From the IMG/VR virus record IMGVR_UViG_3300032329_000171, positions 1 to 31,339 of that record: a stretch of DNA of 31,339 nt, one strand, 5' to 3'. Numbering within the stretch: the stretch's first letter is position 1; the number at the start of each line of letters is the position of its first letter. Positions 15,980 through 23,861 of this stretch are shown piece by piece. The notes under the pieces are model-generated. The model had not been told where the DNA came from, made no database searches, and was given only the letters and a program-made list of their open reading frames with translations. The position numbers and the translations under genes were made by a program. The stretch comes from a virus (lineage: Duplodnaviria; Caudoviricetes).

Positions 15980-16282
15980 ATGGAACTTCTCAACCCACTA
16001 TCAAAGGCCGATTTTCCTGGCCGTACAGCGTCCTACACCGGCACTGCTGGCAACACTTCCGACTGGAATCCTGGTCCTGAAGGTGTGGTGATCTGGTCTA
16101 CGACTCCATGCTATGTCGAAATTGGCCCTGCGGCTGTGGCAACCACCGCCAGCACCCCGATCCCTGCGTACACCCCAATCCCGTTCTATCTGCCTATGGG
16201 CACCGGCGCACCTTGGCGCGTGAGCGCGATCCAAGTGGCTGACGCTGGTTCGATCTACTGCAAACCGATTAATAAGCAATGA
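15980..16282 (+). CDS. Hypothetical virion protein (100 aa)
   Basis: AAGGA RBS; beta-rich; lies in the late operon. Confidence 0.72.
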   Translation: MELLNPLSKADFPGRTASYTGTAGNTSDWNPGPEGVVIWSTTPCYVEIGPAAVATTASTPIPAYTPIPFYLPMGTGAPWRVSAIQVADAGSIYCKPINKQ

Positions 16283-16443
16283 GCTTCGGTGTCGCCCTCC
16301 GTAACGCACTGGGTCTTGGACTTGGTGGGATTGCTACGCTATTTACGGGCACCCGTGATAGCGGTGCTTCGGTGGGCAACTTGCTGTGCGAAAATGGCGA
16401 CAATCTCGTCCAAGAGGACGGCGGTCAAATTCTTTTGGAGTGA
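16279..16443 (+). CDS. Small protein ending in an LLxExGDxLxQEDGGxILLE motif (54 aa, not in ORF track)
   Basis: MSFGVALRNALGLGLGGIATLFTGTRDSGASVGNLLCENGDNLVQEDGGQILLE*; ATGA overlap with the upstream gene. Confidence 0.75.
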   Translation: MSFGVALRNALGLGLGGIATLFTGTRDSGASVGNLLCENGDNLVQEDGGQILLE

Positions 16444-16448
16444 CCTAA

Positions 16449-16958
16449 ATGGCAACGGTTCTTCTTTCTCCTGCCGCCGGTGTCGCTGCTCAGTTCTTCA
16501 CTGACACCGGCTCAGTCCTGACCGGCGGTAAGCTGTACACATACCTTGCAGGCACGACAACCCCTGCGGCTACATACACTTCCGTGTCAGGTGGTACGAC
16601 CCACCCTAACCCCATCGTGCTGAATGCAGCTGGGCGCGTGCCCAACAGCGGTGAGATTTGGTTGGCCAACGGCGTGCAGTACAAGTTTGTGCTAAAGACA
16701 TCCACTGATGTTTTGATTGCCACCTACGACAACATTACTGGCGCGTTCAACCCTGCGAACATACAAATTGTGAACGGTACTGGTAATGGTGTGTTGACGG
16801 TTTTTAGTATGCCCACTACGCCAGTTAGCATCTATCAGACAAACATTTATATTAACGGCGTGTACCAAAACAAGAACACGTACACTCTTGCCGGATCGAC
16901 GTTTACGTTTTCTCAAGCACCTCCTTTGACCTCTGTCATTGAATTCCAATATTATTAA
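16449..16958 (+). CDS. Tailspike/fibre virion-attachment (adaptor) protein
   Basis: N-terminal GGKLYTYLAGTTTP...NPIVLNAAGR resembles tailspike particle-binding domains; small C-terminal beta domain IYINGVYQ...FSQAPP. Confidence 0.68.
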   Translation: MATVLLSPAAGVAAQFFTDTGSVLTGGKLYTYLAGTTTPAATYTSVSGGTTHPNPIVLNAAGRVPNSGEIWLANGVQYKFVLKTSTDVLIATYDNITGAFNPANIQIVNGTGNGVLTVFSMPTTPVSIYQTNIYINGVYQNKNTYTLAGSTFTFSQAPPLTSVIEFQYY

Positions 16959-16968
16959 GGGATAGATC

Positions 16969-17514
16969 ATGGCTGACAAAAAAATCTCTGCACTAACGGC
17001 GTCAACTACACCTTTAGCTGGTACTGAAGTATTGCCAATTGTGCAATCAGGTGCAACCGTTAAAGTTTCAGTTGCCAATTTAACTGCTGGTCGTGCTGTC
17101 GGTGCAACAAGTATTCAATTTGGCTCTGGTACTGTTTTATCTAGCTATGAAGAAGGCACTTGGACACCTGTGCCCGCTGCTTCAGTTGGTTCAATTACAA
17201 CGTACACATCTTCTGGAAGCTATGTAAAAGTTGGCAAGTTAGTTACTTGTATTGCACTTATAGATATTACAAATTTTGGCACAGCAAGCGGCGACTTAAT
17301 TGTTAACGGTTTACCTTTTACTTCGCAAAATACAACTGAATACGCGCCTGTTTTTATTAGAGAAACTTTTGCTACAGGCATTGCTTGTACCGGACGTCTT
17401 GTATTTAACTCAACTAGCGTAACACGGATATATAAATATGATGGGACTTCAATCATAAACGTAATCTATCCAAGAGAGATTTTTCTTTTAAATATCTCTT
17501 ATATTTCTGCTTAA
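16969..17514 (+). CDS. Short tail-fibre-like protein
   Basis: MADKKISALT N-terminal module followed by YEEGTWTP, YVKVGKLV and GLPF fibre-tip motifs. Confidence 0.72.
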   Translation: MADKKISALTASTTPLAGTEVLPIVQSGATVKVSVANLTAGRAVGATSIQFGSGTVLSSYEEGTWTPVPAASVGSITTYTSSGSYVKVGKLVTCIALIDITNFGTASGDLIVNGLPFTSQNTTEYAPVFIRETFATGIACTGRLVFNSTSVTRIYKYDGTSIINVIYPREIFLLNISYISA

Positions 17515-17525
17515 AAGGATAGATT

Positions 17526-19364
17526 ATGGCTCTGACAAAAGTCTCCTATTCAATGATCACTGGCGCTGTTGCTAATGTCAGGGATTTTGGCGCGACTGGT
17601 AATGGAACAACAAACGACACCGTAGCAATTCAAGCCGCAATCGACAGCCTAGCAGCAACTGGCGGCACAGTGTTTTTCCCAACAGGCATTTATAGAATCG
17701 CGCGTAATGTTGGCACAAATGACCGCTGGGGTGTTAAAGTTGTTAACAGTAATATCAGTTTGGTTGGTGCTGGGAACAGCACTAAACTTCGCCGTTTTGA
17801 TACTGATATAAGTACTTACGGTTTGGCGTACCCAATTGTTTTTATTGGAACTCCGGACAGCAATGTAGCGGCAGCAACTGAAAACGTTGTTGTTTGTGAT
17901 TTGCAATTTATCGGCGAAAACGTACAGCATTCTATTGGTGGCAGTGTAATACACGACTTCAGAAACGCTATAGAAGTTAAAAATACCAAGAATTTGGTTG
18001 TGCAAAACAATTTGTTTACCAACATTGATTCAGCAGTTATCTACTATCAAAAGCCAATTGAGTTTGACTACGCCAACAATCAAAACTATAACACCACAAA
18101 AAACTACAACGCTAAATTTATCAACAATAATTGTATTGCCGTTGCACACGCAATCGTAAGCCGAAATGTTCTCCACGCAGTGGTGTGGTCAGGTGTTGAT
18201 TTTTGTGAAGTTTCTGGTAATTATTTTGAGTGGTGCGATGACTGCGTAGCGGGTGAAGGTACTTATGCAATCCCAACTCAAGTTGAAACAGACACATGGA
18301 CATCAAGCATTGGTGTTGTAAAGCGATGTGGTCGTGGATGGCAGTTTAACAATAATAATGTATACAACTCATCTGAACACGCCGTTTATGCCGCAGGTGT
18401 CGACGTTGATGTCTGTAACAATTATTTTTATACCGATGCGCCAGCAATTTGCGCGTACCAGGTAGTTAATAGCCGATCTCGCAACATACAAATTACTGGG
18501 AACGTATTTGCTAACCATGCGTTACCAATTGGAATTGTCATACCGTCATTTGATGTTAATGTGGTTGGTAATACAATTTACGCTCCTGAAACTATTGCAT
18601 CGCTTTCATCTTCTGCTGTAATTGCTGTTGACAGTGATGGCCTAGAAACTTATTCATCTGGACGTCCTTGGTTTACTACCAACGACACAATGCGTAATAT
18701 TGCTATACGTGGAAACACTATTCAATTCCCATCTACAGCAGCGTCTACTGGTCTGTATCAAATAGCATTCCGTATTTATACAAGTGGGTCAAGCACTCTT
18801 TTCCCTTTATTTGAACAAGAAAACATAAGTTTTTGCGATAACTCAGTTTCCGGTGCAAAAATCGGCGTGTTTGTTATTAATCAACTTGTTCGTAATATTG
18901 ACATTAGCGGGAATAGTTTTACCGGAAAATCATTTACTGAGACTGGATTTAGCGGCTCTACGGTAGTAAATACATACGCCGCACTGGTCATTAACGACCA
19001 AAGTTCATTTGTTGGGCAGCAGATTAAATTTAATAATAACGCTGTGAGAGGGTCTACATATTTATATTCTACCTATACCCTTGCTGGAACTGCTGTTCAA
19101 ACACCCGCAATGGCAACAGGAAATAAACTTGATTATATTCAAAATTTTAAATCCTCAGATATGAATCAACCTGCATTATTGGGGTTTAACGGAAACAAGG
19201 GTCTTTATTTTCTTGATCGGACTGGTTGGTTTGTTGGTGGGCTTAACAATTCATTAAGCGACGGCACAAATTCAAACAGTGCTTTAAAGTCAATGATCAC
19301 ATTTGACGGCACAAATGTGCTGTTTTACAAAAATGATTCAGGAACAACCATTACTTTGGGGTAA
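17526..19364 (+). CDS. Tailspike / depolymerase with right-handed beta-helix (pectate lyase 3-like)
   Basis: NVRDFGATGNGTTNDTVAIQAAID and VFFPTGIY motifs, Asn-rich parallel beta-helix repeats, AT-rich DNA. Confidence 0.88.
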   Translation: MALTKVSYSMITGAVANVRDFGATGNGTTNDTVAIQAAIDSLAATGGTVFFPTGIYRIARNVGTNDRWGVKVVNSNISLVGAGNSTKLRRFDTDISTYGLAYPIVFIGTPDSNVAAATENVVVCDLQFIGENVQHSIGGSVIHDFRNAIEVKNTKNLVVQNNLFTNIDSAVIYYQKPIEFDYANNQNYNTTKNYNAKFINNNCIAVAHAIVSRNVLHAVVWSGVDFCEVSGNYFEWCDDCVAGEGTYAIPTQVETDTWTSSIGVVKRCGRGWQFNNNNVYNSSEHAVYAAGVDVDVCNNYFYTDAPAICAYQVVNSRSRNIQITGNVFANHALPIGIVIPSFDVNVVGNTIYAPETIASLSSSAVIAVDSDGLETYSSGRPWFTTNDTMRNIAIRGNTIQFPSTAASTGLYQIAFRIYTSGSSTLFPLFEQENISFCDNSVSGAKIGVFVINQLVRNIDISGNSFTGKSFTETGFSGSTVVNTYAALVINDQSSFVGQQIKFNNNAVRGSTYLYSTYTLAGTAVQTPAMATGNKLDYIQNFKSSDMNQPALLGFNGNKGLYFLDRTGWFVGGLNNSLSDGTNSNSALKSMITFDGTNVLFYKNDSGTTITLG

Positions 19365-19367
19365 ATT

Positions 19368-19616
19368 ATGGCACTAAAACAAACTTTTGAGCATTGTGGA
19401 ATTGCAGTAAACAACGGTTATTTAAAAGTAACTGAGTTTTCTGGCGACAAAACAGGAGTTGGTTTTTCACTTGCGTTCAAAGCATCCGCGGCAACAGATG
19501 CAATAAACTATAAGCAATATAATTTTGTTCCAAATCTTGATGGTCAAAATTTTATCGCCCAAGCCTACACGCACTTAAAAACTTTGCCAGAATTTGCTGG
19601 CGCAACTGACTGTTAA
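19368..19616 (+). CDS. Small tailspike-associated protein (82 aa)
   Basis: Follows the tailspike; NFIAQAYTHLKTLPEFAGATDC C-terminus; similarly AT-rich. Confidence 0.72.
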   Translation: MALKQTFEHCGIAVNNGYLKVTEFSGDKTGVGFSLAFKASAATDAINYKQYNFVPNLDGQNFIAQAYTHLKTLPEFAGATDC

Positions 19617-19669
19617 ACCGTACTGGTGCGGCCCACCAGCCTTAATGCCTGATTGGATGGTCAGGCTGG
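19617..19669 (+). promoter_or_regulatory. ACCGTA + double-hairpin leader, copy 1
   Basis: ACCGTA, CTGGTG/CACCAG and GCCTGATT/GGTCAGGC hairpins upstream of the RBS of 19685. Confidence 0.45.
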
Positions 19670-19684
19670 AAACAAGGAAATATC

Positions 19685-19936
19685 ATGGCTCTTGAAAAAA
19701 TTACGCTTGTTGATCTGATTGAAGTTGTTGAAAACGGCTGCATTCAAGTACGCGTCAAAACTACCATCAATGAAAATGGAGTTGAAATCAGCAGCAAGTT
19801 TCACCGCCACGTTGTCGTCCCCGGCGCTGACGTAAGTGCTGAAGACGCCAAAGTGCAAGCAATTGCCGCATCTATTCACACGCCTGAAGTTATTGCTGCT
19901 TACGAAGCCGCACAACAGGCCCAAATTCCAGCATAA
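19685..19936 (+). CDS. Small fibre-associated protein, possible chaperone (83 aa)
   Basis: AAGGA RBS; IQVR...SSKFHRHVVVPG...IHTPEVIAAY pattern. Confidence 0.75.
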   Translation: MALEKITLVDLIEVVENGCIQVRVKTTINENGVEISSKFHRHVVVPGADVSAEDAKVQAIAASIHTPEVIAAYEAAQQAQIPA

Positions 19937-19946
19937 TGCTGAAAAC

Positions 19947-19984
19947 ACCGTATCGGCCAGGTTGACCGAGGAATCTTAGGATTC
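19947..19984 (+). promoter_or_regulatory. ACCGTA + double-hairpin leader, copy 2 (scaffold gene leader)
   Basis: ACCGTA, TCGGCCA/TGACCGA (one mismatch) and GAATC/GATTC hairpins; the second overlaps the AGGA RBS. Confidence 0.45.
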
Positions 19985-19991
19985 AGAAAAC

Positions 19992-20780
19992 ATGACTGAA
20001 GAAGTCCAAGCCCTAGCGGAAGTAGACTCCGCGCCAACCACGGATGTGACGGCCACACCTGAAGTTGCTGAAAGTACGCCGGAAGTCGCTGAGAATCAAG
20101 TTGAGCAGGCTGAGGAGAAAAAATACTCCCAAGCTGAAATTGACGCGATGATCGGCAAACGCCTCGCAAGAGAGCAACGTAAGTGGGAACGAGAGCAAGC
20201 ACAACGGTCTGCGGAAACGCAAATCGTGAAAGCGCCAGCAGCATCGTCTGTTGACCAGTTTGAAAGCCCTGAAGCCTATGCGGAAGCATTGGCCTATCAG
20301 AAAGCCGAAGAACTGATCGCCAAGCGTGAAGCCGCGAAGCAGCAATCAGCTGTTCTTGAGAGCTACCACGATCTTGAGGAAGAAGCACGGAATAAGTACG
20401 ACGATTTTGAACAAGTCGCCTACAACCCCAAACTTCCAGTCACGAACGTGATGGCTGAAACGATCCAGTCTTCCGAGATTGGGCCTGAGTTAGCGTACTA
20501 TCTCGGCTCTAACCCTAAAGAAGCGGAACGTATCTCGCGCATGTCGCCCTTGAGTCAGGCGAAAGAGATTGGGAAAATTGAAGCCAAATTGGTTTCAGCG
20601 CCCCCGGTCAAAAAGACAACATCTGCGCCAGCGCCGATTTCTCCTGTTACTGCACGCTCCGCTGGAGCGCCAGCACTTGACACTACGGACCCTCGCTCCA
20701 TCAAAAGCATGACGGCCTCGCAGTGGATTGAAGCTGAACGTGCACGGCAGATTAAGAAGCTGCAATCGCAGAACCGCTAA
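19992..20780 (+). CDS. Capsid scaffolding protein
   Basis: Acidic, helical/coiled-coil protein directly upstream of the coat gene, with GPELAYYL motif and basic C-terminal helix. Confidence 0.82.
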   Translation: MTEEVQALAEVDSAPTTDVTATPEVAESTPEVAENQVEQAEEKKYSQAEIDAMIGKRLAREQRKWEREQAQRSAETQIVKAPAASSVDQFESPEAYAEALAYQKAEELIAKREAAKQQSAVLESYHDLEEEARNKYDDFEQVAYNPKLPVTNVMAETIQSSEIGPELAYYLGSNPKEAERISRMSPLSQAKEIGKIEAKLVSAPPVKKTTSAPAPISPVTARSAGAPALDTTDPRSIKSMTASQWIEAERARQIKKLQSQNR

Positions 20781-20801
20781 ATTTTTTAAAGGACTTTTGA
20801 G

Positions 20802-22010
20802 ATGTCAAACAGTATTCTGACCATTGACATGATCACCCGCAAATCGCTGGAGATCTTGGAAAACAACCTCGTGTTGACCCGTAACGTGAACCGTCAGTAT
20901 GACGATTCTTTCGCTGTTGAAGGCGCAAAGATCGGCTCTACACTGCGTATCCGTTTGCCCGACCGCGCCCTGGTGACTGACGGTGCTGCCCTGCAAGTTC
21001 AGGACGACAACGAACAGTACACCACCTTGACCGTTGCCAGCCAAAAGCACATCGGTGTCAACTTCACATCTGCTGAATTGACCATGCAATTGGATGACTT
21101 CGCAGAGCGTGTGTTGAAGCCTCGTATCAGCCAGCTGGCCTCCAGCATCGACGCTGACGTTGCTAACGCTTATCTGAACATTGGTAACAGCGTTGGTACA
21201 CCTGGCACCACTCCTTCGACTTCTTTGGTGCTGTTGCAAGCCCAGCAGAAGCTGAACGAGAACGCTGCCGTGATGTCTCCACGTTACGCTACCGTCAACC
21301 CTGCCGCTAACGCTGGTTTGGTTGAAGGCATGAAAGGTCTGTTTAACCCCACCGACACCATCAGCAAGCAGTTCAAGAACGGCATGATGGGCACTGGCGT
21401 GTTGGGCTTTGACGAGATCAACATGTCTCAATCGATCAAGCAGTTCACCACCGGTTCGCGTACTGCTACCGGCGGCACTTTGTCTGCTTCTGTGTCTTCG
21501 CAAGGCGCTACCACCATCGCTATCACTGGCGCTGGTAACGCTGGCGTGGTTAAGATCGGCGATGTGTTCACTGTGGCTGACTGCTACGCTGTGAACCCAC
21601 AGACCCGTGAATCCACCGGTTCGTTGTTCCAGTTCGTTGCTACTGCTGCAACTACCTTGGACAGCTCCGGCGCTGGCAACATCACTGTGGCTCCTATCTA
21701 CACTGCCGCCAATGCTTTGGCTACCGTGGACAGCTTCCCTGCTTCTGGCAAGGCTGTGGTGTTCGTGGGCGCTGCATCTACTCAGTACGCTCAAAACTTG
21801 GTGTACCACAAAGATGCCATCACCTTCGCAACTGCTGATTTGCTGTTGCCACAAGGTGTTGACATGGCTGCTCGCGCTGTGCACAACGGTATCAGCTTGC
21901 GTGTTGTGCGTCAGTACGACATCAACAACGACCGTATGCCTTGCCGTATTGACGTTCTGTATGGTTACAGCACGATCCGTCCACAAATGGGCGTTCGTCT
22001 GTGGGGCTAA
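20802..22010 (+). CDS. Major capsid protein, P22 coat (gp5)-like
   Basis: 402 aa, with KIGSTLRIRLP, NLVYHKDAITFA and RIDVLYG motifs; strong codon bias; followed by a terminator. Confidence 0.93.
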   Translation: MSNSILTIDMITRKSLEILENNLVLTRNVNRQYDDSFAVEGAKIGSTLRIRLPDRALVTDGAALQVQDDNEQYTTLTVASQKHIGVNFTSAELTMQLDDFAERVLKPRISQLASSIDADVANAYLNIGNSVGTPGTTPSTSLVLLQAQQKLNENAAVMSPRYATVNPAANAGLVEGMKGLFNPTDTISKQFKNGMMGTGVLGFDEINMSQSIKQFTTGSRTATGGTLSASVSSQGATTIAITGAGNAGVVKIGDVFTVADCYAVNPQTRESTGSLFQFVATAATTLDSSGAGNITVAPIYTAANALATVDSFPASGKAVVFVGAASTQYAQNLVYHKDAITFATADLLLPQGVDMAARAVHNGISLRVVRQYDINNDRMPCRIDVLYGYSTIRPQMGVRLWG

Positions 22011-22013
22011 TTT

Positions 22014-22036
22014 GAAACGGGGCTTCGGCCCCTTTC
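22014..22036 (+). terminator. Hairpin/terminator after the capsid gene
   Basis: GGGGC-TTCG-GCCCC followed by TTTC. Confidence 0.75.
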
Positions 22037-22066
22037 ATCGTTTAATCTTTTTTAAGGAAAATTATC

Positions 22067-22474
22067 ATGGCACTCCCTAACGGCGCAGGCGGTTATCAAA
22101 TTGGCGACGGCAACTTGCTGGAAGCCCAACTGACCGTACAAACTATCCCCACCAGCTTGACTGCTGACACCACCCTGACTGCTGCTCAAGTTGTAGTTGG
22201 TTTGGTTGTTTGTGCAAAAGCTACGGACGCTACATTGACCGTGACTCTGCCCACCGCAGCGTTGCTTGACGCAGCCATCCCTAGCGCAAAAGTTGGTTCA
22301 GCTTTTGAATTGACCATTTGCAACAACAACAACAGCGGCGCATCGTCTACCGTTCCTGTCACAGCAGGCACTGGTATCACGATCTTCGGCTCTGTTACCG
22401 TTCCACGTTTCGGTTCCTACACATACCGTTTCGTGAAGACTGGTGATGCTGCTTACTCGGCATTCTTGAAGTAA
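22067..22474 (+). CDS. Putative head decoration protein
   Basis: Directly after the coat gene; T/A-rich with TLPTAA motif; TAAGGA RBS. Confidence 0.68.
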   Translation: MALPNGAGGYQIGDGNLLEAQLTVQTIPTSLTADTTLTAAQVVVGLVVCAKATDATLTVTLPTAALLDAAIPSAKVGSAFELTICNNNNSGASSTVPVTAGTGITIFGSVTVPRFGSYTYRFVKTGDAAYSAFLK

Positions 22475-22477
22475 ATA

Positions 22478-22501
22478 ATGGGGGCTTCGGCCCCCGTTTT
22501 T
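22478..22501 (+). terminator. Intrinsic terminator
   Basis: GGGGGC-TTCG-GCCCCC followed by GTTTTT. Confidence 0.8.
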
Positions 22502-22512
22502 AAAGGAATATC

Positions 22513-22920
22513 ATGTCAAATACCAAAGCTACTGGCGTTGCATATCTGGATCCCGAATTCAGCACAATGTACGCAACCGAAGAAATCGGTTACTCTGCCG
22601 CTGCTCAAGGTACTGTGACTCAACTGACAAGCAAGTCCACAGCGGTCACGCTGGACAAATCTGCCGGTCGTATCACAATGAACAACGCTTCGTTGACCAC
22701 AGCTACGAATGCCACGTTCACTTTGAACAACGTTTTGATTAGCGCTAACGACACTGTGATTTTGACAATTTCTGGTGGTCAAACGACTCCTGGCTCATAC
22801 AACGTATTTGCCAACTCGCTGTCTACTGGCTCTGTCAGCATTACATTGCGTAACATTTCGGGCGGCACGCTGTCCGAAGCTGTTGTGATCAACTATTGCA
22901 TCATCCACAGCGCAAGCTAA
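22513..22920 (+). CDS. Putative virion structural protein, paralog of 12422-12850
   Basis: Shares NTK..GVAY.D, TVTQ, YNVF and SEA...NY motifs with 12422-12850. Confidence 0.75.
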   Translation: MSNTKATGVAYLDPEFSTMYATEEIGYSAAAQGTVTQLTSKSTAVTLDKSAGRITMNNASLTTATNATFTLNNVLISANDTVILTISGGQTTPGSYNVFANSLSTGSVSITLRNISGGTLSEAVVINYCIIHSAS

Positions 22921-22923
22921 ACT

Positions 22924-22950
22924 AAATGGGGGCTAATCACCCCCATTTTT
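22924..22950 (+). terminator. Intrinsic terminator
   Basis: AAATGGGGG-CTAATCA-CCCCCATTT followed by a T-run. Confidence 0.75.
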
Positions 22951-22956
22951 AAAATC

Positions 22957-23145
22957 ATGGTTATTTACCTCACACACCCTCTCCACGGCGCTAAGGTCGC
23001 AACGATGCACTTAGAGGCAGAAGCGGATGAACAAAATGGCTGGGTGCGCTACAATCCAGATACGCCTTCGGCTCCCGAAGAAGCGGCCAACACACTTGTT
23101 GCGAAGCGCAAATACACCCGCAAAGGTGAAACTGAAGGAGTCTGA
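22957..23145 (+). CDS. Hypothetical protein (62 aa)
   Basis: In operon; its 3' end carries the AAGGAG RBS of the next gene. Confidence 0.7.
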   Translation: MVIYLTHPLHGAKVATMHLEAEADEQNGWVRYNPDTPSAPEEAANTLVAKRKYTRKGETEGV

Positions 23146-23147
23146 GC

Positions 23148-23861
23148 ATGACCACGTACACCGCTGGCGAACAAATCAATCGGGCACTTAGGCTGCTCGG
23201 CGTGCTGGCCGAAGGTGAAACACCGTCTGCATCAGTTGCACAAGACTCGCTGATGGCGCTCAATCAGATGATTGACAGCTGGAATACTGAGCGCCTCTCC
23301 ACATTCGTTACCCAAGATCAGGTCTACACATGGCCTGCTGGCTTCATTAGCCGCACGCTTGGCCCATCGGGCGATTTCATTGGTAACCGTCCGATTTTGA
23401 TGGACGATGCTACGTATTACAAAGCGCCAAACGGCGTGTCGTATGGCATCAAGTTCATTAACCAGCAGCAGTACGACGGCATCGCAGTTAAAACTGTGAC
23501 CTCAACTTATCCGCAAGTGTGCTGGGTTAACATGGGTTTTCCTGACATCACACTGACTGTCTATCCCAAGCCTACGCAAGACTTGGAATGGCACATGATT
23601 TCGGTGGAAGAACTGGATCGGCCTGCCGATCTGTCCACGGTCATGTACTACCCACCAGGTTATCTGCGTGCGTTCACGTACAACTTGGCAATGGAAATCG
23701 CGCCTGAGTTTGGTGTCGAGCCAAGCCCACAGGTGACTCGCATTGCCATGACCAGCAAGCGCGATCTGAAGCGCATCAACAACCCTGACGATGTGATGGC
23801 ACTGCCATACGCGCTGGTGGCTAACCGCCAACGCTTTAACATCTACGCCGGTAACTACTGA
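23148..23861 (+). CDS. Head-to-tail adaptor (P22 gp4-like)
   Basis: INRALRLLGVLAEGETPS...ALNQMIDSW and YNLAMEIAPEFG motifs; position before the gp10-like gene. Confidence 0.78.
   Translation: MTTYTAGEQINRALRLLGVLAEGETPSASVAQDSLMALNQMIDSWNTERLSTFVTQDQVYTWPAGFISRTLGPSGDFIGNRPILMDDATYYKAPNGVSYGIKFINQQQYDGIAVKTVTSTYPQVCWVNMGFPDITLTVYPKPTQDLEWHMISVEELDRPADLSTVMYYPPGYLRAFTYNLAMEIAPEFGVEPSPQVTRIAMTSKRDLKRINNPDDVMALPYALVANRQRFNIYAGNY

Noticed and set aside
16289-16504. 71-aa ORF-track call
   Set aside because: The alternative frame 16279-16443 has ATGA coupling, a recognisable motif and no overlap with the next gene.
16449-19936. Diversity-generating retroelement or invertible tail-fibre switch
   Set aside because: No reverse transcriptase, invertase, TR/VR repeat pair or flanking inverted repeats seen.
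20805-21986. 393-aa antisense ORF spanning the capsid gene
   Set aside because: Shadow of strong codon bias in the coat gene; no RBS, recognisable motifs or operon context.
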